Shown in pieces: positions 27,771 to 41,539 of a stretch of 64,000 bases of DNA (position 1 is its first letter; each line of letters starts with the position of its first letter). This stretch comes from Psammoneis japonica. Its lineage: Eukaryota. The DNA lies in NCBI GenBank assembly GCA_008632985.1, contig QPGO01000155.1, positions 124,001 to 188,000 on the forward strand, given 5' to 3'. The position numbers were made by a program, and so were the translations under genes. The notes beneath the pieces are model-generated. The model saw nothing but the letters and a program-made list of their open reading frames with translations, ran no database searches and had not been told where the DNA came from.

Positions 27771-27932
27771 GACAGAGAGTGCAGTGTGAGAGGTTCTTGT
27801 TAGAGTGAAGACGAGAGAAGCGAGAGAGACTCAGCTATTTCCCGGGTTTGCTTCAAAATCAAAAACCGAAAGCGTCCGTGACGATGACTCGGTCAGGAGC
27901 TCTCGTCAACGCGCAAATTGGTCTCTGTGACC

Positions 27933-28166
27933 AGTTGAGGTGCAGTCCTGCAGCTGGGTAGGATGGACAAGACCTCGGAGGTTGGCAGCAATATGAACAG
28001 CAACAGAGGTAAACAGACGCTTGTTCAAAGTCGTTGTCTAAAAATTATGACGAATGTCGTTGCTTCTGTTTGAATCAATTTTGTGATGAGCTAATTGTTT
28101 CGAAGAGAAAATCTGAGTCTGGGTTGTAGTCGTGAGATGCGACCAGAATGACGTTGAGTCGTGACT
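27933..28166 (-). repeat. 5' LTR of element 1
   Basis: Direct repeat of 21758-21991; abuts a PBS-like ..ctctgtgacca on the + strand. Confidence 0.95.
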
Positions 28167-28608
28167 TTGTAACCAATCCCAACATTCGACGTCTTGTTCT
28201 GCAACGAGTGCAAATGTCTTATCAACTTTTCCATAGTTCGTTTGGAACGTCGTCCCGGCAAGGTGCTAGCTACTTGTAGACTTGCGAGTGGTTATGGTGT
28301 TTGTTGGGAAGAGGAATCGATATTTCAGGCTCGCATCGGGATTGTGCTGGATGAAAGCTGTTTCGGAAGCCAACTATCCACAAAACAAAAAAGACTAGGG
28401 CCCTAACCAGCCACTGCCTGCATAGTACAGGTTATCAATTATCTTTTTGTTTTGCGCGTGCGAAAACTCTTATTGACATCGATAAGTACAGTAACAAAGG
28501 TTTCTTTACAAGCTTGAGCTTATCTTGCGCAGTCCACCATGATGTAATGATTGCGATTTGTGCAATCTCTATGTCTATATTTCATAACGTTACCTACGAC
28601 TACCGCAT

Positions 28609-30455
28609 TCAGAATCGATTCTTGCCAAAACATCGTGATTCAGTGTGTCGTGACAGTGACTCTGCCTCCTCGCATGCATGTGCGTCTCTCAACGAGTCGT
28701 CATTGTAAGTAGCATTTGCTTTGTCCGATTGAGAAGACGCAACGTTAGTAGTGGTATTAGCTTCTCCTTGCTGAGCATACAGGGCGATTGCCATTCCCAA
28801 GGACCATTCAACCTCGCTCCCTTCCACGAGAAATGTAAAGGTAATATCTCGAGACGACGGGTGAAAGCCAAAGCCATCTCGAAGTAGTGTCACCATGTAA
28901 ACGCTTTCCAAACATCGATGCGGCAAAACTTCTGCTCGAGTGTACGCGTGGGCGGTATGTTGAATATCTTCCAAATCCTGTGAAAATACACATCGATAAG
29001 AATACACAAGTGGTGAGGGGTTGTGCAATCATATTGAGTGAACATTTGGATTCGAACGAGACGAATTGTGAACTTACGCCATGCCAACTCCTTGAGCATA
29101 GTCCGTCCAAGCATTGTAAAGTTCTTCAATACTGGGATTAGGCCATGATAGATTCAATTCCTCATGCGCTTCTTTGGCTGGGTGTGACAGCTCCCGTAAG
29201 CTGTCCAACGTAAAAAAGTACAACGACATTGCAAAGAACTTCCCTCGAAGCGGTGGATGCTCTGTTCCTCCAACCACTCGGCCATCTTCCTCGTGGTGTG
29301 GGTGAAAAACCTCTTCGTGGTGGGGAATGAGTCTACGTACTTGCATTACACATTCGTGAGCCTCGCCAGAACCAACGAGTGTCCACCCATTCCACTCAAT
29401 CTCGTAGCCTTTGAAAGTACACGGATTATCAATGATTTTTTCTGCACAGGAATCAATTGGCATTTGTTGTTGTAGCTTCTGTGCATCGTTCACCCATGTA
29501 TTCCAAAGTCGTTCTCGAAACTGATCAGCTCCATATGATAAATATGACGTTGAGAAGAAGTCGTCTCCCTCTAGACGCTTCGGAAGTCCCTCGGCCACGG
29601 CGCCTCCGTCAGCTGGGCAAGTTTTACTCTGAACATCATTGGCATCACACGATTCAGGGTACGCCTCGTTACTGCGTCGCTCACTTTCAGGTAAAAAGAC
29701 AATTTGTGTCGAGCTGCCGCCCATATCGAGTGCCCCCAATGGCCCATGCAAGTTGACATCATGGCTGCTCTCGCTGCTGCCAGCTTTGGTATGCATGGTG
29801 GCATCAATGATTCCTTTCAGGTAGTTCGCCGCTACTGCTCCATAAAACCCCTCCAAGTCTCCGCTTAACGTCGCGATATCGCTTCGTTGCAAGCTGGAGA
29901 ACACAAATGATTCCTGTTGTATTAGTCCCTCATACAAGGCATCGTATACTTCTTCTTGGTCTGCTTGATCCAATAATCTCATTCCTGCAGTCGCTTGGTA
30001 GTGACTCGTGTTGTTGAATGATATGATAATGGTATAATCTCAGCAGCATACTCAAAAACCGGTAGCAGATGCAGAGCCACCTCCTCCGGAGACACCGGTT
30101 GGTCCCCGACACGGCCAAATGCAGACAATGGTGTATCGACTCGTGATGAGCCACGACGAACACATTCACTGTCCAGAGTTGTACTATTGGTAACAAATTC
30201 AAAGATATGTAGTCTCGATCCTGTTGACCCACCGTCAATTATCTGTTGATGGTAGCATGATACAGTAGTAGGAAAGAACAAGAAAAATTGAGAAAGCTCT
30301 ATGAATCTCGAATCTCGACACGAATCTACGAAAGAAATTGTCTATCCACATGGCGTTACGACTCATTCACCCCGCATTATGCAATACGAATGATGTTTAA
30401 AAAGGCTTTCAGTGGAAATCAAGCTCGAGTCTGAGTTGTAGCGACGTGACGCCAT
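28609..30455 (-). CDS. GDA1/CD39-family apyrase (NTPDase), several apparent frameshifts
   Basis: IDGGSTGSR (ACR1), SGDLEGFYG (ACR3), LDMGGSSTQ (ACR4), VEWSLG (ACR5); ends approximate. Confidence 0.85.
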
Positions 30456-31787
30456 TGTCAGCGACGTGTTCTCAAAGCATGCCGATTTTGATGATGCCTC
30501 GTAGAATTTGTATTGGGTCCCACGTATGAATTCAATGACTGACGGGACACATCAAACGCCATCAACTCTGCCGATGGAAACAACTTACAATAGTATACGG
30601 TGACGGTGCACTGCCCACCACAACAAGAGGAAGTAACCATAGAACGGATGCGGCACTGTATTGTCTCAAAGTCCAGTTCATTGTTTGATTTATGTGTGAT
30701 TGTTTGAGATGACAAACGCGAAATGTGATGGATGTGACGTCGTCGGTCGTGTTTTATTGCTTTGGTCGTGTTTCTCCGAGAAAGACGCGAACCGGCCGTG
30801 TCGTTGATGGAAGATGATGAAGTGGTGAACTGAACTTGCGCAAATCAAACAAAGCCTCAACTATGAACCTCTCTATTGTCTCCTAGCGTTGAAAAATGCG
30901 TTGTATTAACGACGAAGTGATGGACTACTGGTCGGAACAGCTGTCGAAATGAGAGTCTGTGAGGGAGTGGTGGCGATTAGAATTTTAAATTTCCGTTGAA
31001 TGCACCGGGGCTGCTTTGCTGCACGTTGATTGGCTAGAAGACGTAATGATTTGTCCACGTGGCAGAGGTTTCTCATTGGATCAGCGAGGAATGCGACGTC
31101 GCAACATATCCAGACATTAAAAAACAATACATAATCATGACGATCAAATTTCTTAGTCTTTCATATTTAGATCCTCGTGCTCCGTAATCATTCACGACAA
31201 AATAAAATCCATGTTTTCACATTACAATTGGCTGATTACCTTCAAACAAGCAACATAAGTTGATTCTATATGATAGAAAGATATTGTTGAAAGGATTGGA
31301 AACAGTCTAAAACGCCTCTCCGATTCTCATGGTGGGTGTTGTTTTGAGGAAATGGGCACACGTGACTGAATGAGTCCCATCAACACCTGTTTTGCGCGAA
31401 GTTTCGAGAAGTTTTTCACTCCCCATCGTTCGTGAAGCACTTGAAACACCTGCTACGCTTTGCTACGCTTGTCCACGGAGCACTAAGTACTATCTACGCC
31501 CTTGGGTACGCAGTGTCCCGTTTGTCCACAGGTGTCCAAAAAAATTCAAAGCAAAACGATGGAGAGTATCCATAGCTCGAGGACCGAACCGACCGGACCT
31601 CGCCGACTAGCTAGAACTCTACTCCTAACATCTCTACACTGTATGGTATCAGCTGATGGATGATGGGCGATGCATGTACGTAATACAGCGACGTCTGACA
31701 TTGATTGAACTCAAAAGGTTTGGGAGAGCATCACTGCAGTGGACGAGAGTAGACATCAAGGACGGCAAATGGGTTGTGCCATGAGCA

Positions 31788-33735
31788 TTGCATGGCGAGA
31801 GAAAGAGTGGAATCGAAAAGAAACATAAGGTGATGAGGCGGCGGAGAATTCCTCGTAATGTGGCTGCTTCCGTAACTGATGCTTCTCCAACAGATCAAGA
31901 AAGAACAAAACAAACCGATACGTTTTCAACGACGAGTAATTCTGGAGAATACAACTGCTACGAAACTGAAATATCTTTTGTGGTGGCACGAGAACTCATG
32001 CTTCGCACCGTCGCCATGGTTTTCTTTTTCTCCTTTTATGGGGCGTTTTTACAAAACTCTGGACTTATGGGATCTTATGGGCTTGTCCCAGCTCATTCAT
32101 ATATGAACGTTTTGCAAAACGCATCGCCTTCCAAGTGGAACGGCTTCTTGAACCATCCGACTCTGTTTTGGTGGATCGCTCCCTCAGATCGAAATCAACA
32201 GGCAATCGCCATTGCTGGTGTTGTGCTTTCGATTATGGGGATAATCATTGGGGACTACGGATGGTCCGCTTTGGTTTCCTACCGATTTCGATGGGCAATA
32301 TTTTTCTCTCTGTGGCTGCTACATTTTTCGATTGTGACCATTGCCGGTGGTACTAGCTTTTATTCTTACGGATGGGAATCACAGCTTCTAGAAACTGGAT
32401 TCTTGTGTATTTTTCTATGTCGAATACCATGGATTGATAAGTGTCCTCGAGAATCATCAAGTGCCAATAAAATACAAATGCTTCCCATTCTGTGGTTGTT
32501 TCGATGGTTGAGCTTTCGGATTTCGATGGGAGCTGGGCTCATCAAACTCCGCGGTTCGTCGTGCTGGATCAAGAAGACGTGTCTGCATTACCACTTTGAA
32601 ACACAACCATTGCCGTCCCCGCTAAGCTTCATATTTCACTTTTTACCCAAGAGTATCCTGTCGAGAGCGGTTGATTTGGATCTTTTTGTGCAAGTCTACA
32701 CAAGTTGGTTTGTCATGGTGCCGGATCTCAACATTGGGCGGCATTGCGTTGGTCGTTCTGTGCGCCGATTGGGAGGATTTATCCAAGCAGGCTTCATGGT
32801 CAACATTATGCTGTCGGGAAATTTCAGTCTTCTTAATCATATCACCATTGTTCCTGCATTGGCTTGTCTGGATGACGAATGCTTTGGAATCCTGTCTCGG
32901 TGGGTGGCACTACCAGCAACACCCTTCGTCAGTGACAAAAGGCGAAACTCGTGGCTTGTTTCTCCGCGATTCATGTTGAACTTTTTCTTGATTGCCTTGA
33001 TAGGCTACTTGTCAATTCCGACTGTATCGAACCTGTGGGGAAGCGACGGACGGCAAGTGATGAATGGAAGCTTTGATCGATTTCGTTTGGTGAACACGTA
33101 CGGTGCCTTTGGTAGTGTTGGAGAGGCTCGATACGAACCGATTATTTCGGTGAGTACGGGCGATCGATCAGAATGGGTGGAAATAGAGTTCCCGTGCAAA
33201 CCAGGAAGTATCACTAGGAGACCGTGCTTTTGCGCTCCGTATCACTATCGGCTGGATTGGAACATATGGTATGTCACTTGCGTTTTCAGGTTGTCAGTAT
33301 TGGCGCCCGGCTCATTCTTCAGTAAACTTTGAAATTGATTTCGTGTCATGCAGGTTCATTGGATTTAAGCCTCATCAAGCCTACTTACGTCAGCGTGAAA
33401 CATGGCTCTACCGTCTACTAGAAAAGCTTCTGGACGTTAGTGAAAGCGAAAGGCCTTGGTTGGGCTTGCTCGACAAGAGTTCTGCTGCGTACTTGGAGAA
33501 CACATACAACCACACCAACACGCGACAGCTACCGATAAGAGTTGCCAAGGTTGACATGTACCATTATCAAATGGCGAATTCACTTTGGAACATAGTTGCG
33601 AACACTTTGACCAACAGAACCACGCAAGTCGTGTGGTGGAAAAGATCTTGGAAAGAAAGTCTGATCCCGCCGGTAGAATTGGATCCAAAAACGAAACGAT
33701 TAAGATTAGTGGCGACGTCACACGGAAGCAGCTAG
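31788..33735 (+). CDS. LMF1: Lipase maturation factor family membrane protein
   Basis: YGWESQLLETGFL, GAGLIKLRG, YHFETQPLP, SGNFSLLN, VNTYGAFG, APYHYRLDWNIW; intron ~33269-33353. Confidence 0.9.
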
Positions 33736-33897
33736 GGCCTAGGAGTCCCACCTCGAGTGGTTTGGTTGGTACATTCCGCTGTACTGTACTACTACGTTAC
33801 AGGACGTGACAAAGGCGCTCACTTGGCGTGTACTGTACTACTTTGAAAGGGGTTGTTGTACACGACTCCTATTGTTCTATTCCATGCCAATATCTAG

Positions 33898-35435
33898 TCA
33901 TGGCATCTTGACGTCCATTTCATCTGCGCGTCGATGCATTTCGTCGGCTCGTTTCAACATCGCCTCAGCTAATCTTTCTAACCGAGAAGTTGTAGCAATT
34001 AATTCTTGTTCCTTCTTTCGTAAATCTCCAATGTCCGCAGGCCATTCTTCCTCTTGCTCCAGATCCAAAGCTTGACTTGCAACTTCGCCTTCGCGATGGT
34101 TCTCCTCTTTCTCTTTCTTCTTTGCCTGCGCTTTCTTATGCAGAGCCTGTCTAACCTTTTCTTGTTGCTTCTGCAAGTTCACTTTGTATCGCTCCAGTTC
34201 GGACGTACTACGTTTATTCTTCACCTTTGCCTGAGCCAATTCTTTCGATTTGTCGTACAGACTGCCTCTGCTCTTGATGACACGAGCACGAGCTTCTTCC
34301 AGCACCCGCCTCGCTTCTGCTTGAGCTTCGAGGTCCAGCTTGGCTTGCTCTTGCGCGTCTAGCACTTCACGTTCCAGTTCGTCCATATGCTCTTGGGTCC
34401 CACATGCATGGGTGTATTTGTCAAAGTACTCGGATTCAACCTTCTCGAGGCTTTCAATTTCGTCAACGATACGATGCTTGCGGCGAGCTCGATCCACCAG
34501 TGAAATCGAATCAATAGTGTTGAGTCCATCGAGTATTTTGAGTGATTCGGCAGCGGATATAGCCGAATTTGGTGTCTCCAAGGCTAAATGGAGTCGCTTG
34601 TCTATCAAGGCGGTTAGTTTGGTCTTGAGCTCCATGGCTTTCTCCGTTTTCTCTGCGGCTCTGCGTCAGACAAAAAAGCAATACGTATGAGCTATTTGGA
34701 AACAGCAAACACATGGCATGAGGTAGCTTGGCACGCCTTCTAGCTTTGTGGCGCTCACCGAACTTTAAGTTGTTCACTTTCACTCAACAAAGACATTCTA
34801 TCCATGCGCTGATTGGCATGCTTGCCCGCTTTGATTGCTGCTTCAACCGCCGATCGTACGTCGTGCGAATCACTCCAGTCATCAGACAAGGATGAAATTG
34901 ACACCATGGTTGTAGCGGCGGCACGTTCCATGAATGGCATGGCCCATTTGTCTACTACATGCTTTGCCGCGGGCCCCACAGCTGAACCAAGTTCAGATGC
35001 AATTTTCTCCACTTCATCGGAGAGAGCATTCGCCATGAGTTCGCGATCATACCGTTTTCTGGACTTGTCATCTTTCAAAATATGCCATGCAGAAGCTATT
35101 TCATGAAAGTCTGGTTGTAATGCTGCGTCTTGTGTGGTGTTAGAGAGAGTTTGGTTTTGTCCAATGCACGCATCGGGATGACTTTGCCTTGCCAATGCGA
35201 TGTACTTCTGTTTGAGCTCAGACCGAGTAGCATTCGGAGAAACACCCAAAACATCGTATAGACTACGCTTCGGCTGATGGATTATCTCTTCAGCATCGCT
35301 TATATCATTGCGTAAAGAGTCTCGTTCATTCTTGGAAACATGAACACGTTGATGCGACGCAGTAGTCGTCGACCCGAGACAGCTCCAATGCTTGAGACCG
35401 TAGTTTCTGGCGAGAGGAGTGAATCCGAGCGCCAT
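33898..35435 (-). CDS. DnaJ-domain protein with coiled-coil C-terminus
   Basis: LYDVLGV..HPD..AWHILKD..RKRYD J-domain; intron ~34663-34757 leads into coiled-coil ORF 33898-34635. Confidence 0.85.
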
Positions 35436-36028
35436 AAGACATTGTGCACGAACACAGACAAAATAACAACGCGCCGGTGACTCATGATTGCTCTAAGGCG
35501 TGGCATAGTGTCCATCGATAAGGCTCCAAAGATCCAATACCGCCAACAGATTGACACTTCGCAGCTGAATTCAGAAGTCGGGATCGTCGTTGGCTTTGGG
35601 CTTGCCTTCCTGTTTACTGTTGTCTGAAGCGACTCATCGCCTCCGTTTCCATTCGAGATTGGAATTTTGAGCGCATTATTCGCCGGTCATTGACGTCATT
35701 GTCACTTTCCATTCTTTGGACAAGTTCGAGAATGTCTCAAGGTTCTTCTCACTATTTCTGCTGCCTCTCTTTGGGAAAACAATTGCAATCGTTTTGCTTC
35801 TACAGTATGCTTATCGCAGCAGCGCCTAATCTACTCAAACCAGTACATACAGTAGGAAGAGAGAAACTGATGGTTCTTAGAATAAATCGGGTAGGATTAT
35901 TCGTTTGTAGGGTTCTTGCGATCAAGTGCAACACGATCAAACTCGCGATTTACCCTTTAACGCACAATTTCTAGAAAAATAATGCAAATGAAAGCGAAGT
36001 ACCGGTATATGCCATCTTTCTATGCATG

Positions 36029-39000
36029 TTATAATGAACTGTAGATACCCTCTCGGACCAACACATCCGTCTCCTCAAGCGGAGTATCTGAAGAGCTGTC
36101 TGTTTTATATGTTGTCCACCGCTCCATACATTTGCCATTTCGTTTGTCGTCGGAATCTAGTACCTTTTTCCTCGCCGTCGGCCAATGTTGGACTGTGCTT
36201 AAGGTCGGCCACTTGGGAATGGGCTCGTCTTTGTTGTCCCCGCGTTGTAATATCTGTAAATCCAAGGCCATATTGTAATAGCTGAAATCGCGCACTGGGT
36301 CGGACCACCCTATATGTCTTGAATCGATCTCGCGAATATCGCAGGCAAGGAGTGGGTAGTCAAACTTGGGATGTCGTACTTGAGGCACATAAGCACTGAT
36401 TCGTTCCAAGCTGCTAAAGCGCTTTCCCGAATCGATTTCGTCGGTGAACTGCAAAATAGAGAGAGCAAGAAGAACGATTAACAGACATGCCGCTCTTCAA
36501 TCATCCCACCGTTGTGCTGCGAAGTTTCTTACATAATCGCCCGAAATTGCTTCCCTCAATGACGGAATCCATGATCTAACGCAAAGGAAAACAATGATAG
36601 AGGCAGAGGCTACCACAACGCTTATCCCAAACAAGAACGTCAAAAGCTCTTGGTCGTTTGACATCCAGTCATTCTGATCCCGCTTGAAGAAGCGTACCAG
36701 GTCGGACGCACGGTCCAAAAAGTCTTGGTCGCAATAGGTCCAGGCTTGGTCATGAATGTTCACACTGGCCTGAATCGTAACGTGCTGGTGACTTTTGTTT
36801 GAAGAAAGCGGAAGTAGGCTGTGGACACCAATATATTCAGGATGGTAAATACTGCCGAAAGTCTCATCGAGCTCTTGGAGGAAAGAATCAATGAACGTGA
36901 GTAGTGTAAATCTCTTTCACAATGGATACAATGCTCTGTTGCGATGACTCACCACACACGTTGTCGAATGGGTAAGCCGACCAGTAAACCTCTGACATCA
37001 CCGCAAGCGCTAGAATGGCTAGGGGAAAGAAGACACGGCGGCTATAGATGAAAATTTCCAACAAGGAGCAGACGAGTTCAATGAGGGTTCGGAATCGCAA
37101 TAATTCACCGGATCCCCCTTGAGTCCAAGTCGTACCTGAGTTTTGCAACGTCGTCCCCTAACTCTGGTAGCGGTCCCCAACTTCTCTGCGTAGTGGGGAA
37201 GCAAGCACTTGGATATTAAAGGTAATGATTCGCGCAACTTAACATACGTCATTACTTTGACCTCGCCCCACACGACAAAACAAACAAGAAAAAAAAACGT
37301 GAACGACTTACCATTAGAAGAAACTTGTCTGTATAGTAGGTTACAGCCAATGCAACAGCTCCATAAAAGAAGCTAGCAGGGAAGACAACCGCGTAGAAGA
37401 AGCACAAGAAGACAATCTTCGTCATGTTCTACCGGGAAAAAAATGAAACGAGACCAAGTGGCAACATAAGCACCTTTCTGAAATCGCGACGCAAGAAAAA
37501 CCGAACAACAATAAATACGCACCGTGTACTTGTCGCCGAGGTTCTGTCTCGAACCTCGAAACATCATCATGACAGTATTTTGATTGTTTGCTCGTGGCGC
37601 AAGGAAGTGGCGTTTGATTTGACCAACGATATCCAGCATATGCACAATGGGTGCGGTCACAATCTCAGCCTTCAAGATTGCATGCACTGCAGGAATTAGG
37701 GAGTTGGCGCCTCCCGAGATGGTACTCGCAAAGGGCTTTACAAGCGCTGTAATGATGGCCGTGTTGATCCAGCGAAAAGTGCTAAGCTTTATGTAAAGTG
37801 ACGCTTGATAGCCTCCCTCGTGAGCATGGGCTTCCAAACGATTCATCTGTTTAAAGATGAGTGGTACAAGAATATTCAGCATCACAATGCTAAAGGCCGC
37901 GACGTTCACACTTTGCTCAAACGCAAATTTGACAAAGAAGAAGCCAGCAATAATAATTGCTACAGTCAAGAGTCCCGTGAGTATCCGTTGCATAGTTTTG
38001 ACCTGTCGAGTGCAATTAGACGTTGAAGCAAAATGAAAATTAGAGGAAACACAACCCTTTTGCTTTAAAGCTGAACAACCACAACGTACCAAGAGAGTGT
38101 CGTCGAGATCTTGCCACCGAATGGCAGACGGCTCTACCGCTTCGGTTACATCAAGGACTAAACTACCTCGAAAGAGGTATTTACTCGGGAGCACGCTTGT
38201 ATTGTTTGCAGCTACATTCACTTTCCCAACGCTAAGAGTCTTCAGAACCGTTCGTTGGGCCAGTTCAGTTTCAAAGACGACAAAGACGGCAGACGTCGGA
38301 TAAGGACGCATGAGCAATTCTCGACACTTTTTCTCGTTTTTTCGAATTTTTCGTTTTGTTAGCCTACTCGTGGCTTCGAATGCGTCCTTCTGTTTGGCGC
38401 TCCTCGCATCGTCGTCATTTCCCTCCTTTATCTTTTTTTCGACACATTGCATCAATACTCTTCGTTTGACAAGCGCGTTGACAAGTTTCTCGTTGTTGAG
38501 GGCCACGGTGCAATATACCACTTCGCAGCCTTCAAAGGCAGAAAAGAAGTCTTTCCACTCTATGAAATGATATTGTTGGAAAGAGTGAGCTTGAATGCCT
38601 CGAACGACGCGCATGGTAGATTATTCACAAGCGCATGTAAAAGAACTATACCTTGCGGGTCTGTCGCATCAGGCGGAGGGTTGTCAATCTTGATGCTGTA
38701 GTCAGATGCAGTCAAGACGTCTTCGTCATATTCTCGTTCCTTTCTACTTTGGTACAGTGACAGTCCAATCATAGAAACGATTAAAAACAGTAATACGACA
38801 ATGTGGTTGGCGCCCTCTTGCCAGCGAAGTGGGGCGCAATCGTTCTTGAGAACAAAGGGTAATCCAAAGCTGGAAACGGCAATTCGATCTAAACTGTCAC
38901 TCCATTCCTCCGTTGTACAGTTCGGGCATGGCACCCATTTCGTTTGGGTGCAAATTAAGGATCCTCGTAAGGTGCCTGTCAAAGAGTCTTGTCCGTCTCT

Positions 39001-39532
39001 GGCATAACTTGCAGAGGCATAGTAAGAAAAAGTAGGCGTATAGATGAATCCTGCAACAAGAAAGATGAAAATCAACGCCTTCAGCGTTCCAAAGTAACCA
39101 GCAATACCTAAAAGGTGTCAAAGACACGATGAAGTTAAAAATTAGCATGATAACATACGGATAGCAAATCGCCTCTTGCTAATTCTTACCAGTCCCGAAA
39201 TCATTCAGTGCTCGTTGCGGCGTTGTCCACGCTGGATACAGTGAGGTCGGGACATGCTTGATTCCAGGTGGTGCCTTAACATACCCATCATGACCATCCG
39301 ACATACGACGCGGTAGAGTTACATTCTCAAAGTAATCCCATCCCTCTTGAATCGAAACGCATCTACCATACTCGGGAAAGACTCGTGAGAAAAACTTGGA
39401 AACGCGTCGTCCCCATAGTCCTCCGTTCTCGTCACTTGGAATCTCCAGGAGTTGTGACGCATACTTCTTTGTTGACTGCAAAAGGAGTCGTTGCCTTTCA
39501 AATTTGTCACCACCCTCGTTCATGTTGCTCTT
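36029..39532 (-). CDS. Multi-exon OSCA/TMEM63/TMC-like membrane protein
   Basis: Several transmembrane-rich ORFs; SDYSIKIDNPP, AVFVVFETE, EAVEPSAIRWQDL, FRWINTAI; GT-AG introns between ORFs. Confidence 0.7.
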
Positions 39533-40130
39533 CATCCAGAAGCAATGCAATTGTGTGGGGTATTAATAGACCTTACTGTGTATTATCATAAAACAGAATT
39601 TCGGGTTTCGGCCGGTTGTCAGCGCGGTGTCAACAGCGAACATACCAAGCATTGGCTGCTTATGTATGATGTATTCAATCTTTAATAAATGCATTGAATT
39701 TTCGAAATCGATACAACGTGGAATTGTACGAGGTGATGACGCAAGACGGACAATTTCGGCCTTATTCGAATCTTCGGGTTGCAGACCTATATTGAATTTT
39801 CAAAATGTTGAAAGTCCGTGCGTCGGTCGTGAGCACGGGCAACTCATCATCCGCATCGCTGCTGTTAGACTACCATACCATACTGAACTCTCTACAGTAC
39901 TCTAGCTAGTAGTCTCTAGCTATGAAACAGAGCTACAACTCTCTCTTAGGAATGAATACAATGAAATCTACGCACCAATATCTTGCGTTATCACCTTATA
40001 CTACATTGGCTTCTGTTACAACTTCAATTGTTCAATCTGTAGATAGTTCGGGACCAAGATGATATTGCTACGATTTTTTTGTCGTGCCATACAGCATCAT
40101 CACAGTTCTACTCACAGCTACAATGCTTCT

Positions 40131-41183
40131 TCACTTTCCTCTCAAAAGTCGAGCATGACACCAAAGTCTTTATTGCCTAAACCCCTTTTTTCGGCCAACT
40201 GATAGAGTTCCTTGGCGTTGTTCCCAGTGGCAGAGCGACATGAGCGTTGCTTCCCGCCTCGATCGCCAGAGACAAATCCTTTAGCATGAGTTTTGTTCCA
40301 AAGCCACCTTTGTAATGGTCCGATGCAGGGGATTGATTTAAAGCCTTTGCTGCTTTGGGATGTGGATTATTGACCTTGGATGACCAGCAGGCGGCCGTTG
40401 AAGAATTCATCACGTTTGCCAACACGATGGGGTCACTCCCAAGGCGTCGCCCAAGTTCATTGCTTCACAAATGCCAATCATTTGAGTTGCTAGTGCCAAA
40501 TTATTGCATAGCTTGGTGGCTGCTCCCGTGCCCGGACCACCGCAATGCATTACGGTAGATCCCATTCTGTTGAAAATCTCGCGAGTCGAGTCTAGGAGAT
40601 CTAGAGATTCGCATCCCACCATAAAGGTAAGTGTCCCGTCATGGGCCCCTCGGACTCCTCCCGATACCGGTGCATCCAACATGGAGTGACCGAGTTGTGC
40701 CGCCGTGTCATGCCAACGCCGGCTAGTCGTTGGAGACACGGTGGAGCAATCGATAAAGGTTCTCTTTTTCTGTTCCGGATCGTCTTCCAATGTATGTATC
40801 GTTTCGTGTGGATCATCAACCAGCAGTCCTTCATAAACATGATTCACCACGCTATCGTTTGGAAGTGACGTGATGATAACGCTGCAATCCGATGTTCTCA
40901 AGTCTTTGAGAGACGAAGCCGGTACGACACCCCCCATTTCGGCTTCAGCCATGGCGAGATCATTGATATCATACGCCATCACTTGGAACTCAGAAGAAGA
41001 ATTCTGATCCTTGGATGAAACCAAGTTGAGACACATTGGTAGGCCCATATTTCCAAGTCCGACGAATCCAACCTTGATTGGTGCAGAAGATTCGCTTGAG
41101 AAGCGTCGCGTGAATGTCGGTGACACTGCCTTTCTGAAGAGGCCTCTGCTTAGCTCTCGTCGACACAGGAAGCAAATTGACAT
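40131..41183 (-). CDS. HIBADH: 3-hydroxyisobutyrate dehydrogenase, mitochondrial
   Basis: VGFVGLGNMG, IDCSTV, LDAPVSGG, LTFMVG, KLCNNL, GGFGTKLMLKDL; apparent frameshifts near 40430 and 40210. Confidence 0.92.
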
Positions 41184-41425
41184 GTTTGGAATTTAAAACA
41201 AGAGTACGCAATAGAAGATTGAGGAGGTGGTGTGTGGAGAGTAGTCTAAGTAGTAGGTATTCACTGCACGACAACAAAAACAGAACGAGAACGCTTCGAC
41301 TGCGGGTGCCGCGCCCGATGCCGGTGCGCGATGCTCGGAAATTCCGGGCGGAGATGATCGGAGATCGGGCCTCGACGGACCCACAACGAAGACGTCACTG
41401 TCGGCAGTTTCGTTTCTATGGTTTC

Positions 41426-41539
41426 CATTGCAATCTGAAGCCTGAGAATATCTTGCTGACCGAGAAGTAGTCTCATTCGAGCAATGTCAAGTTAATTGCT
41501 TTCGGTTCGGCTTGCTGTGAGATCATTTTGGTGGATCGT
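41426..41539 (+). pseudogene. DYRK-like kinase fragment in frame with the start of an IMP1 remnant
   Basis: HCNLKPENILLTEK*SHSSNVKLIAFGSACC-EIILVDR. Confidence 0.65.

Larger units (their letters stand above)
21758..28166 (-). mobile_element. Ty1/copia LTR retrotransposon (element 1), inactivated
   Basis: 234-bp LTRs, TSD TTGTA (21753-21757, 28167-28171), PPT ttgagagggag (21992-22002), gag-PR-IN-RT-RH order. Confidence 0.95.

Noticed and set aside
21758..28166. Classical fungal RIP, or ADAR/RT-stage editing, as the cause
   Set aside because: RIP creates TpA rather than removing it; RNA-stage editing would be strand-biased and would leave the two LTRs identical
12192..41183. A host gene in this window as the mutator enzyme
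   Set aside because: No deaminase, methyltransferase or polymerase motifs recognised in any non-TE gene
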